A stretch of DNA of 64,000 nt from the NCBI RefSeq assembly GCF_009914755.1, contig NC_060931.1; one strand, 5' to 3'. Both the position numbers and the translations under genes were made by a program. This stretch comes from the human T2T-CHM13v2.0 reference genome, Homo sapiens. Below, piece after piece: positions 26,750-39,680 of this stretch. Within the stretch, counting starts at the first letter, position 1. Each line of letters starts with the position of its first letter. Under the pieces are notes generated by a model. The model worked only from the letters and a program-made list of their open reading frames with translations. It was not told the DNA's origin and did not search any database.

Positions 26750-26829
26750 CTCTAGGCATAATGCTTTATTTATTTTCTTACAAACATATCACATCCTTTT
26801 ACGTCATACCTTAATTCTAGAAATTTCCT

Positions 26830-27117
26830 ATATCTGGAATGCCCTTCTTCTTAGTCATTTTTAAAATGTCTTTCTTTCATTTAGGAATCTTTCTAAAAGT
26901 AGCCACTTCTTAAGACTCTCCAATATCCTCAGGCAGGATTAACAGCTATGTTTTCTTCCTTCCAAAGTACTTTATTTATTTATACCTTTCTATACTATCA
27001 TCTGACTTATAGTTAAAAATGACGTGTTTCTCTTGAGAACTCCAAATTGATTTTCCTTAGTAAATGATAGCAGAGAAGGAGCTGTACCTTCCTCAGCAAT
27101 AATAAGTACTCAATAAA
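26830..27117 (+). mobile_element. L2 3' fragment
   Basis: 'tctggaatgcccttc...caggcaggattaa...aagtactcaataaa'. Confidence 0.55.
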
Positions 27118-27125
27118 AGAACTCA

Positions 27126-27512
<387 letters not shown>

Positions 27513-28244
27513 TCATAGAGTATTTTAATGGAAAGAAATGAAAAACATCATATGAAAAAGATTGTTAACAATATGTACAAGCAACTGACTCATAAAAAAG
27601 TCAAATAGAATCAGTTGTAAAATTTCTGAACTAAGATTCACGGCACATTAAATCTAAACTGCAAAGAATTAAAACAACGTTTCAATGATTCTTAAAATAA
27701 CCACATCATAAAATAGATTTGAGTTGGTAAACATAACACTTATCTCTTCCAGTTTTAATCGACTTAGGTTTTATTTTCTTAAAATTGAAGAAAATTGAGT
27801 TTTGTCTTATAAAACTTAAAATCTTTTTTACAAGCATTTATTAAATAAAAATAACCATTAATGATTCACACATGGGGCTGTTTCTACTATGATTTGTAGA
27901 GCACAGCTTTCCAGATTATTATTAAACATTCTAGAAAAAAGGATTGGATAATTTGTTATTGAATCATTCTGTGGTTCAATTTTCCAACTACCTGGCTACA
28001 TGGGCTCAAAATGAAAAACTTTAAAAATGATGGTGTCATCACGAATCATGATATTATGAAAAAAATCTTATCTCCTTCAAAGGCAAACATAGCAATGTCA
28101 TATTTCACGTCATATGTATAAAGCAATTGTGTTACTCACAAAACACCTTCAAAACTCATCGTTACTCATTTAAAGATCACAGGGTCCTTTTACTTATCAG
28201 AAAGGAGCATTTTCCTGCTGGTGTGAAAGCCACACAGCTAGTAA

Positions 28245-29860
28245 GTTCATTTGTTCACTTGTTTATCCATTGCCTTCGAAATGACTAGGGGATGCTTATT
28301 ATGAAGGCAGCATTATTGTAGGTACAGAACATTTGCCTTTCCCCGCAGAAATTAGGCCCTGGTGAGGAAATAATACAGGTCACACAGTGATGAGTGAGTA
28401 CTCTCACAGAGGGATGCAATTTCCTAAGCATAGGAAGTGCTAACAGAAGAGGCATGTGACTCAGAGGTATACAATTGAAGGATTGAAGAAATTTTCTCAG
28501 AACTGGAAGTTCCAGTTGTGTAGGTGAAGGGAGGGGAATGAGGAAGAAGAGGTTCCCAGCGGAAACAGTAGCATGTGTGGACTTGAGCTGTGTGGTCCAG
28601 AAGATAAGTATCCTTGGAGCAAACAGCGGCAAAGGGAAAACTGAGATGGAAAGATGGAGAGATTTAGGCCTGAAATATGAACTTACAGCAATCAGCATAA
28701 GAATGGTAATTGGAATTATGGGGAGATTAAATTACCTAGCCAAAGTGTGTTGAGTGGGGAGAGAAACTGTTCAGCCACGGAACCTGAAAATCACTGTCCC
28801 TGGAGGAGCTGAGAGAGCACAGTTAGCAGGTGGGAAGTGCGGGGAGGGACAGGAGTGGCAGGCAGAACACCCACCGGGAGGACACTCTAAAGGAAGGGAT
28901 CGTCACTGTCTAAGGCTGTGGATGCAGACCATGCTGATAGAGAGAAGGATAGACATCCTCCACAGGCGAGTGTGCAGGTGTAAAAGGAAAGAAGCTAATG
29001 AACTTCCCGACAGAAAGTGTCTACTTTTCAGCAAAGCAGGGGTACAACTTTCTGCGGGACATGAAGGCCCATGCATGGAGTGAGAGGATGGACACAGCCA
29101 CATTCAGGAGTGGCAGCATGAGTTCACCACCACACCCAGAAGCAGGACACTCATTTCTGGGTAGAAATCTTTAACTTTCAGTGAATCCAACACATGCAGT
29201 TGTATTATCTGATCTATCTCCAGCAGGAGACAGAGGAGCAGAGCTCGTGCACAGTTGGCTTGATTTTGAATGAGACTGACAATGCAGCTGAAACAGGATG
29301 GTGGCCAGGGCACAGTGAGGCAGGTAGAAAGCCTGTGGGAGCAAAATATAAGGAGGTGCTCACCTTCAGTGTCATGCAAGTGACTCAGATAAATGTCGTG
29401 AAGATGAAGGAGGAAGACAGAGGGAAAGACAAATGACCAAAAGGAAAGGGGTGTTAGGCGATGGCCTGGGCTCTAACCCTGCCTAGGGGAGGCTGATGTG
29501 CATTAAAGGTGAAAATGTTTGAGATGAAGAGACTGAGTCTGTTGCCCTTGCACAACCTGAAGTCACTTGAGTCGACGGCAGGAACCAGGAAGAGGAAGGC
29601 TGTGAGCTTGGTCCCGACATCCTCAGTGGATAAGAACAAGCTCTAGGAAGTCTGTCCAGGGAAAGGTGGAGGCTTCTACTGGACAACCTGACCTCAAGTG
29701 ACCAGAAACTGAGTATGATGGGGGAGAGGTGGGTGCAGCAGTGGAGAGGAAGCTCTCAGGAGCTCTGGGGAGCTGGCCAGTGCTTCTCCTAACCGAGAGA
29801 CATGTGGTTTTGGGGGATTGAGCTCCTTTGAGTGATGTGGTGCCCCCAAGGGAGAGTAAA
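28245..29860 (-). mobile_element. Degenerate L2 LINE
   Basis: Antisense L2 tail 'ttcatttgttcacttgtttatccatt', and 'aatcagcataagaatggtaattggaattatggg'; purine-rich L2-like sequence continues to ~29.8 kb. Confidence 0.6.
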
Positions 29861-29874
29861 ATCACTTAAATAAG

Positions 29875-30377
29875 CATTAAATAAAAATTAAAGGAGGCCA
29901 TTCTTGTGGGCTAAGCTCCTGCACTAGCCCCAACAGACCAGACTAAAAACTAAAATGGAGTCATTAATTCTGAGGTTCTTCTTCACCAAACCAAAACTGA
30001 GTTATCTGGTCTTCGGAGAAATCAGGAGAGAGAGATCAAATCCAAATTTCCCAAACAGGCCAGTTTCAATGGCATGCTAATGAAGTTCCCCATTGCCTTT
30101 AGTCCTTACAAAAAAAGAGTAACCTAATGTTAACAAATCAATTATTTCTCTATTCTTCTGTTTTCCTGTTCCCACATTAAAGTAACTTTGAAATGACCAA
30201 TTCACAGTTTGCTTCCTGTTCCTGCTTTCTTCAGCCCCTCTCCGAATATAAAACTAATCTCCTGTGCTACACTTATTGGAACATTTATTATGGAACAAAG
30301 TGTTGCCTGATTCTGGAATATCAAATAAAGACAATTCAGATCTTTAAACTAAATTGTTGTAATTTTGTCTTTGGACA
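29875..30377 (+). mobile_element. ERV1 solo LTR, LTR54-like
   Basis: 'aggaggccatt...ctaagctcctgcactag...ccaacagaccagac...aaaatggagtca'; CCAAT and TATA-like 'tataaaa'; AATAAA; ends 'aattttgtctttggaca'. Confidence 0.85.
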
Positions 30378-30637
30378 GTAGGGGAGTAGATGGGATGTGC
30401 AGCACAGAGGTTACCAGGTGAAAGAGAACTGTGCCCTTGGGTTCCAAAGGGAGTGAAAAGGTGGATGGATTAGGGAAGACACAGGGCAAAGCAAAACAGA
30501 TGAGATGATGGGAGAGGGCTCATGACAAGACACTTACCTGAAAATGTCTTTATTTCAGTCATACTTAAACATTCACTTTTTCTGAATACACGATTCTAGT
30601 CTGACAAGTGTTTTCCCTCAACATATTGAACAGTGGA

Positions 30638-30863
30638 AGATACTCCTCAATTTTTGATAGGGTTACATCATAATGGGGGTTAGATAAACTGAAAATATCC
30701 TAGTTGAAAACACAGTTTTGACTTAGGATATTTTCAACTTATGATGGTTTGTGCAGACATAATCTCATCACAAGTCAAGGAACATACTGAATGCACATTG
30801 GTTCATCACCATTATGAAGCAGAACAATTGTAAGTCAAGTCACCATAATTTGGGAACTGTCTA
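30638..30863 (+). mobile_element. MER47/Tigger-type (TcMar) relic with internal inverted duplication
   Basis: Left end 'agatactcctcaattt...gatagggttacatc', right end 'atactgaatgc...caccat...gtaagtc...accataa...gggaactgtct'. Confidence 0.75.
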
Positions 30864-31401
30864 AATTTGTCAATCTAAATGTCATTTCACATTGATGATC
30901 TTTTTTTTTTTATTTTTGTTTTTCCTCACAGGCTGCTTTAAAGGTATTCTCTTGGTATTGTTGTACTTTAATCTTACAACAAAGTGTGTATTAATAGATG
31001 GATTCCTTTTTTTGCCTTGGGACATCAGTTTCTGTAGACATGAATTTATCTTTCATCAGCTTTTGGTAAAATATTCTTAAATATTGATACCCCTTCATTT
31101 GCTCCTTTTGGAACACCAATCAAAAATATATTAAAACCTTATTCTTCTTTAATGAAGCCACCTTTGCAAAATTATGAAAGTAAGAGAATTCTGACATAGT
31201 TGACTCCATCTTGCTTCTAACTTCTAAACTGTCCTTGGTTATTCCTGGGTGCAGGTCAAGCTATCTTTGGGAGAAATTTAGTTTATAGTTTAACTTTAAA
31301 AACAAGAATGATAATAGTGCTTCCCAAGAGGAAACTGCCTTTATAAAACTAATGAAAGGCCACAAGGTTAGGATTATGGGAGGAGGCTAAATTCTGCTTA
31401 A

Positions 31402-31731
<330 letters not shown>

Positions 31732-32197
31732 AAAATGAATGTAGTTTCTACAATCCTTTATCCCTCAGGAGTCATGTGGCCAGAGGTCACGTAATCTGTG
31801 ACTTCCCCAGTTGCTTCTATAGATAACATCACTATTATAGAGGCTAAGATTGGTCTTTAAAAATTTTTTTAATGTTTTTATTTCAATAGGTTTTTAGGGA
31901 ACAGGTGGTGTTTGGTTACATGAATAAGTTCTTTAGTGGTGATTTCTGAGATTCTGGTGCCCTCATCACCCGAGCACTGTACCCTGTACCCAATGTGTTG
32001 TCTTTTATCTCTCAATACCCCCTACCCTTTCCCCTGAGTCCCCAAAGTCCAATGTATCATTTTTATGCCTTTGCGTCTTCATAGCTTAGCTCCCACATGT
32101 GAGTGAGAACATATGATGTTTTGTTTTCTGTTCTTGAGTTACTTACTTTAGAATAATAGTCTTCAATTCCATCCAAGTTGCTGTGAATGCCATTATT

Positions 32198-32229
32198 TCA
32201 TTCCTTTTTATGTCTGAGTAGTATTCCAT

Positions 32230-32275
<46 letters not shown>

Positions 32276-33138
32276 ATGGCCATTTGGGCTGGTTCCATAT
32301 TTTGGCAACTGCAAATTGTGCGCTATAAACGTGCTTGTGCAAGTATCTTTTTCATACAGTGACTTCTTTTCCTCTGGGTAGATACCTTGTAGTGGGATTG
32401 CTGGATCAAACAGTAGATCTACTTTCAGTTCTTTAAGGAATCTCCACACTGTTTTCCATAGTGGTTGCACTAGTTTACATTCCCATCAACAGTGTAAAAG
32501 TGTTCCTTTTCACCGCATTTATGGCAACATCTATTTTTTTTTATTATGGCCATTCTTGCAGGAGGGAGGTGGTATTGGATTGTGGTTTTGATTTCATTTC
32601 CCTCATAATTAGTGATGTTGAGCATTTTTCCATATGCTTGTCAGCCATTTGTATATTTTCTTTTGAGAATTGTCTATTCATGTCCTTAGCCCACTTTTTG
32701 ATGGGATTGTTTGGGATTTTTTTTGTTGTTAATTCATTTTTTTGTTGTTAATTCATTTGAGTTTTTTGTAGGCTCTGGATATTAGTCCTTTGTCAGAGTC
32801 CTTTGTCAGTTCAAAGAATTTTTTAATTTCCATCTTGATTTCATTGTAACCCAATGACCATTCTGGAGCAGGTTATTTAATTTCCATGGATTTCCATGGT
32901 TTTGAGGGTTCCTTTTGGAACTGATTTCCAATTTTATTCCACTGTGGTCTGAGAGAGTACTTGCTATAATTTCAATTTTCTTAAATTTATGGAGACTTGC
33001 TTTGTGTCCTATCATATGGTCTATCTCGGAAAATGTTCCGTGTGCTGATGAATAGAATGTGCATTCTGCCGTTGTTGGGTAGAATGTTCTGTAAATATCT
33101 GTTAAGTCCATTTGTTGTAGGGTATAGTTTAAGTCCAT
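32198..33138 (-). pseudogene. L1 ORF2 remnants (endonuclease end and C-terminal region), disrupted
   Basis: ORF 32806-33138 'DLTDIYRTFYPTTAECTFYSSAHGTFSEIDHMIGHK...SDHSGIKLE' is the L1 endonuclease; ORF 32198-32470 '[15 protein letters not shown]...DPAIPL' is the ORF2 C-terminus; the RT domain is absent between them. Confidence 0.93.
32231..32272. repeat. (GT)21 microsatellite inside the L1
   Basis: Uninterrupted GT run read directly. Confidence 0.98.
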
Positions 33139-35018
33139 TGTATCTTTGTTGACCTTCTGTCTTGATGATCTATCTGTCTAGTGCTGTCAGTGGAGTATTA
33201 AAGTCCACCATTATTATCGTGTTGGCATCTATCTCATTTTTTGGGTCTAGTAGGAATTGTTTTATAAATTTGAGAGGTCCAATGTTAGGGGCATACATAT
33301 TTAGAATTGTGGTATTTTCCTGTTGGACTAGTTCTTTTGCCCTTACATAATGTTCCCCTTTGTTTTTTTTACCTGCTATTGCTTAAAGTTTGTTTTGTCT
33401 GATATAAGAATAGCTGCTTCTGCTCACTTTTGGTGTCATTTACATGTAACATCTTTTTCAACTCCTTTACCTTTAAGTGTGTGTGAGTCCTTATGTGTTA
33501 GGTGAGTCTCTTAAAGACAGCAGAAACTTGGTTGATTAATTTTTATTCATTCTACTATTCTGTATCTTTTAAGTGGTGCATTTAGGCCACTTACATTCAA
33601 TGTTATCATTGATACATGAGGTACTATTCTATTCATCATGCTGTTTGATGCCCGAATACCTTGTTTTTTTTTTTTTCACTGTGTTATTGTTATATAGGTC
33701 CTGTGAGATTTATGCTTTAAAGAGATTTTATTTTGGTGTATTTTGAGGATTTGTTTCAAGATTTAGAGCTCCTTTTAGCAGTTCTTGTAGTGCTGGCTTG
33801 GTAGTAGCAAATTATCTCAGCATTTGTTTGTCTGGAAAAGACTGTATTTTTCCTTCTTTTATGAAGCTTAGTTTTGCTGGATAAAACATTCTTGGCTGAT
33901 AATTGCTTTGCTTAAGGGGGCTAAATATAGGACCCCAATTTCTTCAAGCTTGTAGGGTTTCTGCTGAGAAATCTGCTGTTAATCTGATAAATTTTCCTTT
34001 ATAGGTTACCTGGGGCTTTTGCCGTGCAGCTCTTAAGATTCTTTCCTTCATCTTGACTTTAGATGATCTGATGACTATGTGCCTAGGCCATGATCTTTTT
34101 GCGACGAATTTCCCAGGTGTTCTTTGAGCTTCTTATATTTGCCTGTCTAGATCTCTAGTATGGCCAGGGAAGTTTTCCTCAATTATTCCCTCAAATATGC
34201 TCTCCAAACTTTTGGATTTCTCGTCTACCTCAGGAACACCGATTATTCTTAGGTTTGAATGTTTAATATAGTGCCAAACTTCTTGGAGGCTTTGTTCATT
34301 TTTTCTAAATTCTTTTTTCTTTGTCTTTAATGGATTGAGTTAATTCTAAAGCCTTGTCTTCAAGCTCTGAAGTTCTTTATTCTGCTTGTTTGTTTCTGTT
34401 GCTGAGACTTTCCTGGGCATTCTGCATTTCCATTCTCCTTGATTTCCAGAAGTTGTGATTTTTTTGAAATTTATGCTGTCTATTTCACTGAAGAATTTTC
34501 CTTTCATATCCTGTATCGTGTTTTTTATTTCTTTAAGTTGGACTTCACTTTTCTCTGGTGCCTCCTTGATTAGCTTAATAATGGGCCTTCTGAATTCTTT
34601 TTCTCACAACTCAGAAATTTCATCTTGGTTTGGATCCATTGCTGGTGAGCTGGTATGATCTTTCAGGGGTGTTAAAGAACCTCGTTTTACCATATTACTA
34701 CAGTTGCTTTTCTGGTTCCTTCTTATTTGGGTAGACAATGTCAGAGGGAAGATCTGGGATTCAAGCAGTTCAGATTCTTTTGTTTCCTGGGGTGCTCCCT
34801 TGGTGTGGTGTTCTCCCCCTTCCCCTAGGAATGGAGCTTCCCAGGAGCCAAACTGTAGTAATTGTTTTTGCTCTTCTGGATCTAGCCACCCAGCGGAGCT
34901 TCCGGGCTCCAGGCTGGTACTGGGAAGTGTCTGCAAAGAGTCCTGTGATGTGATCCGTCTTCAGGTCTTGCAGCCATGGATACCAGCACTTGCTCCAGTG
35001 GAGGTAGCAGAGGAGTAA

Positions 35019-35441
<423 letters not shown>

Positions 35442-36166
35442 AATGACACTTTCAAGAGCGCATCAGCTGTGGTCTTATAGGGAGGATGTAACTTGCCCTA
35501 GAGACACCTGGTTAAGTATTCAGGTTTATCAGGCAGTGGGCAGGGCCATAGAGCTTCCAAGAGATTATGACCTTCGTCTTCAGCTACTAGGGCAAATAGA
35601 GAAAGACCACCAGTTTGGGGCAGGGATTGGCATGTCTAGCTCAGCCTCTTCTTGGGCAGGGCTTGCTGTGGCTGCTGTGGGGTTTGGGGGTGTGGTTCCC
35701 AGTCCAATGGAGTTATATTCCCAGGGTGATTATGGCTGCCTCTGCTAAGTCATACACGTTGCCAGGGATGTGGGGGAAAGCCAGCAGTCACCGGCTTCAC
35801 TCTGCTCCCACACAGCCAACAGTCCTAAAGGCCGGTCTCGCTCCCATTATGCCCCCACAGCAGCACTGAGTCTATTTCCCAGCAGCCAGTAACCAGGGCT
35901 GAGAACGTGTCCCAGATCAGGAGACTCCCCGTTGAGAAGGCAAGAAGACTCACAATTTTTTGTCATCTCAGAGAGTCTGCAGCAGTGATTCAGCTTTCCT
36001 GATATGTTCCTGCAATAGTTCTTGGAGCAGAAGTTTGCTATGTAATTCTCCACATGCTGCTCTGCCAGAGCGGGAGTGCCAAGCTAGTCCTGCCTCCTAT
36101 CTGCCATCTTAATCCAAAATTTTTCAAGATTGGTCTTTTAAGATGTTGTTCAGACTGACTCTACCA

Positions 36167-36187
36167 AGACTCATGACTCATGACTCA
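36167..36187 (+). promoter_or_regulatory. Tandem AP-1 motifs (TGACTCA x2 plus one decayed copy) in the LTR8-family LTR
   Basis: agactca tgactca tgactca; motif match only, activity unknown. Confidence 0.5.
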
Positions 36188-37856
36188 ACTGATCCTGTGG
36201 TCCCCACCCAGAGGCAGACTCAGTGCATGAGGATCATTTTTCATACCTCTATGATTGCATTCCCCAACCATTCAACAGTACCCATTCCCCAGTCTCCTGT
36301 ACACCAAACTAACCTTGAAAACCCCTAACCTCCAATCCTGTCGGGAAACTGATTTGAGTGATAACTCTAGTTCCCCCATGTGGCCAGCCTCATGTCAATT
36401 AAACTCTTTCTTTACCTCAATCCTACAGTTCCAGTGAATTGGTTTTGACTGTGCAGCAGGCAGGGAGTACCCATCGTGTGATTACATTAATGCCTGTTAA
36501 TATCTTTCATGGAGTTCATCTCCTTACCTCTCTTTGCTGCATTCTGGATAACCTTTTAAAATTTATTTGACAGTTCTCTAATTCACTCTTCAGCTATGTG
36601 TAATCTTTTTAACTCACTAGTTGTGCTTTTGACTTCAAATTGTTTTAGTTTTAAAATTTCTTTATGGTTCTTTTTTCCGAACCTGTATGGACATGTTTTT
36701 ATAATATCATCCTCCATACTCATTCGCTAAAATCAAGACTTCATTACATTAAACATTTCATAATAATTTTATGACATTTTATTTTATAATATGATACTTA
36801 TTTCATAATTTTAGTATGATATATCATAATTTCATATTTTTCATCTGATAATTCAGAAGATTTTTGGAGATTTTGAGCAATTGTTTATGGTTTCTGCTGA
36901 CCTCCATCACAGTGTCTTGTTTCATTGCGTGTGTTAAATAGAATTGAATCTGTGGGAATCTTGAGGCCTAAATTGTGGATGCTTTCCTCCAGATATGATT
37001 TGTATTTGCTTCTGCCAAGAGGCAGGCAAAGCTAAGTTGCAGCTGTCTTAGAAGGTCTCTGCTTAAGGGGAAATATTCAGGTTTAGCTTTTCTACCTTGA
37101 GGTCAGCCGAAGGCTTAGTCTTGAAATCACGTCTGATGAAGAGAAGCACCTTCAGCACAATCCTCCCCTTCCTTATTGCTCACTGCTCTCAGCTATCTGC
37201 TCTGGTTTCAGCCATTTGTTCTTTTTTGTTTGTGTTTTTGTCTATAGGAAGTTTACTCTATTTCCTAGGGAACTGAGAAACACATTTTGAATTATATATG
37301 CAGTAATTTATACAGAACAATTTGGAGGGGAGGTATATCAAAATTTCCTGGGTATGTATCACCTATGGGAGCTGTTCTCAATTCTCATGACTCTGAGAAT
37401 CATTCTCTCAAGGATCATAATGCCCACTAATCTGTATTGTAACCTATCTTTGAAATATGCAGGGTAAAACAATGAAAAAGTAGGAAATGAGAGAGATCCT
37501 TAAATGCTATTAGCTTCAAGAACCTTCACTATCACTGACATTTTCCCTTACACATACTTTAAAAATGTGGTCAACATTTAGTCATTTGTATGGAGGGGTG
37601 AGGAGTCAGGACAGGGGATAATTATTTGCTTTTTATTTTTATTTATTTAATTTTATTATTATATTGTAATCTGGACCGGCTACAAGTATGTGTATATAAC
37701 CTAGGTAAAACTACACGTAGGCTTTTGGCACCTGTGGTTGCCTGTCAGCTTAGTGGAGCTCCTAACCATCTAAAATGTCAGAGTTTATAGTTATTTTTTA
37801 TTTAAAAATTTTTTGAAATTACTTATTTATTTATTTGTATTATAGTAGCTTTAGAT

Positions 37857-38059
37857 GGCCAATATGGTGAAACCCCGTCTCTACTAAAAATACAAAATTA
37901 GCCGAGTGTGGTGGCACACACCTGTAGTCCCAGCTGTTCAGGAGGCTGAGACAGGAGAATCACTTGAACCCAGAAGGCAGAGGCTGCGCTGAGCTGAGAC
38001 TGTGCTACTGCACTGCAGCCTGGGTGAGACAGAATGAGACTCCGTCAAAAACAAAAAAA
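37857..38059 (+). mobile_element. 5'-truncated AluS
   Basis: Starts at 'tggccaatatggtgaaaccccgtctctactaaaaatacaaaattagcc' and continues through the right arm to an A-tail. Confidence 0.92.
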
Positions 38060-39504
38060 GAATATGCATGCAACTTTGTTGTTTCTGCCCTCTCACATAT
38101 TTTTCTTTCACACAGAGGACTCAGAAAAAGAAAACTCTATTGTATGTCCTGGAGAATGGCATTATTTCCATAGAAGCAGTATACCATACACCAATTACTT
38201 TAACATTACAAATTTAGTTCACGCTAATAGTTCTTTTATTCACTAACCAAACATTATTGGACTTAAGTAATAGACACTGTAAAATATTATTTGACTTCAG
38301 GCTATGTTAACTTTACTAATTTTAAGGCATTCAACTAAAATCTTCATAATTACACAAAATAAAATGTTATAACATCTTTAAATTAGGCAACTGATATAAA
38401 ATGTTCTCATATCCATTCTCTAAATTTAACTGGAAGAGATGGTGTAACTTGATTTGCAGAATTGGAATTCTTCCAGGCTATTGGATGAGTGAAAAGTGGG
38501 GGAAAGGTCCAGAAGTCTGAGCTAGTTAAAAAAAATTGTACTTCCAGTTTTGTGAATTAATAAATATAGATAAAATTTGTTATTTATTTATTATTAGAGA
38601 GGAAGCCCACTCCTCATGCCACAGCCCATGTCTCCCCAAAAGTAATAACAATAAAAAGTGATAGAAAATTTCCCAGTGTAATCCTGGCCTAAATACATAA
38701 GGCCCTGCCTAAAGAATTAGGTGCTCATTATATGCTCTCAGTAGATTCAGTTATTGTCACGACATGCCCATGTTGTTCAGGCAGTGTAGGCAAAGAAAGT
38801 GTCTAAATAACTAAGGAGAGTATAAGTGAGTGCAGTTAGTATTGGACATCATTAAGTTACTGAGGTTCTGGATTCATAAGCAGAAATGCTAAGACTGTGC
38901 TTCTATTATCTTTCTAGTAATCATTTATCACTAAGTAAAGATCAAAACTTTAAACCAACATATTGGAAACAATGACATCTAACTCTCCAGTTAGAGAGTA
39001 TAATGGGAGTCTGATAAAACAGCTTTTCATTCTTTCTTAAGCAAACCTGCTTGTTTGTACTCCAGAAATCTAAAAGAGAAAGTCTCACTTTATAATGCCC
39101 TGTAACAAGGGTTTATAGACATCAAGAGAGTACATATGTGGCTGTAATTTTTATTGAGAATATATTACCACATGCCGTTGGAGCAGAATTGGAAGTGCTT
39201 CATTGGATTTAACCAAATAAGATGATCTATACTTGCTTGCCATTCTATCGTGTGCAAAGCTAATATTGTGTAAGGTTACAAGCCCCAGAAAGAGCAGGCT
39301 CAAGTTTCAGTCTTCAGCCCACATCTCTTTACCATTTTAGTAGCCACTGCATTTTTCATGCAACAGTTTTTCCTACCTGGTTTTTGGAGATAATAAAGAT
39401 ATGCATATGCTTATGAAAAAATAAGGATAAGTAACCCCTTACTTTGTCTTCTCACTATACTTCGTAGCATCACTGTTAAGGATATTTAATCAAAAATCTT
39501 GCTG

Positions 39505-39680
39505 CGTTTTTCCAAGTGCAGCCTTGGGAGCACCTGCATCAGAATCTACCTGGGGTGTGTATTTAAACCACAGAATCCTGACCCTGTTTTCTAGGCCACA
39601 ATATCTAATCTCTGCAGGTAGTGGGGGTGGGGGTAGGGGTGGGGCATGGGTAAATCTGGCTTATTAACAAGTCTTTAGAA
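39505..39680 (+). mobile_element. MER5-family hAT MITE
   Basis: 'cacctgcatcagaatctacctgggg...taaaccacagaatcctg...aatctctg...ttaacaag'. Confidence 0.7.

Noticed and set aside
28285-29865. Cluster of overlapping 60-137 aa ORFs
   Set aside because: Falls in degenerate, purine-rich L2 sequence; no coherent frame or homology.
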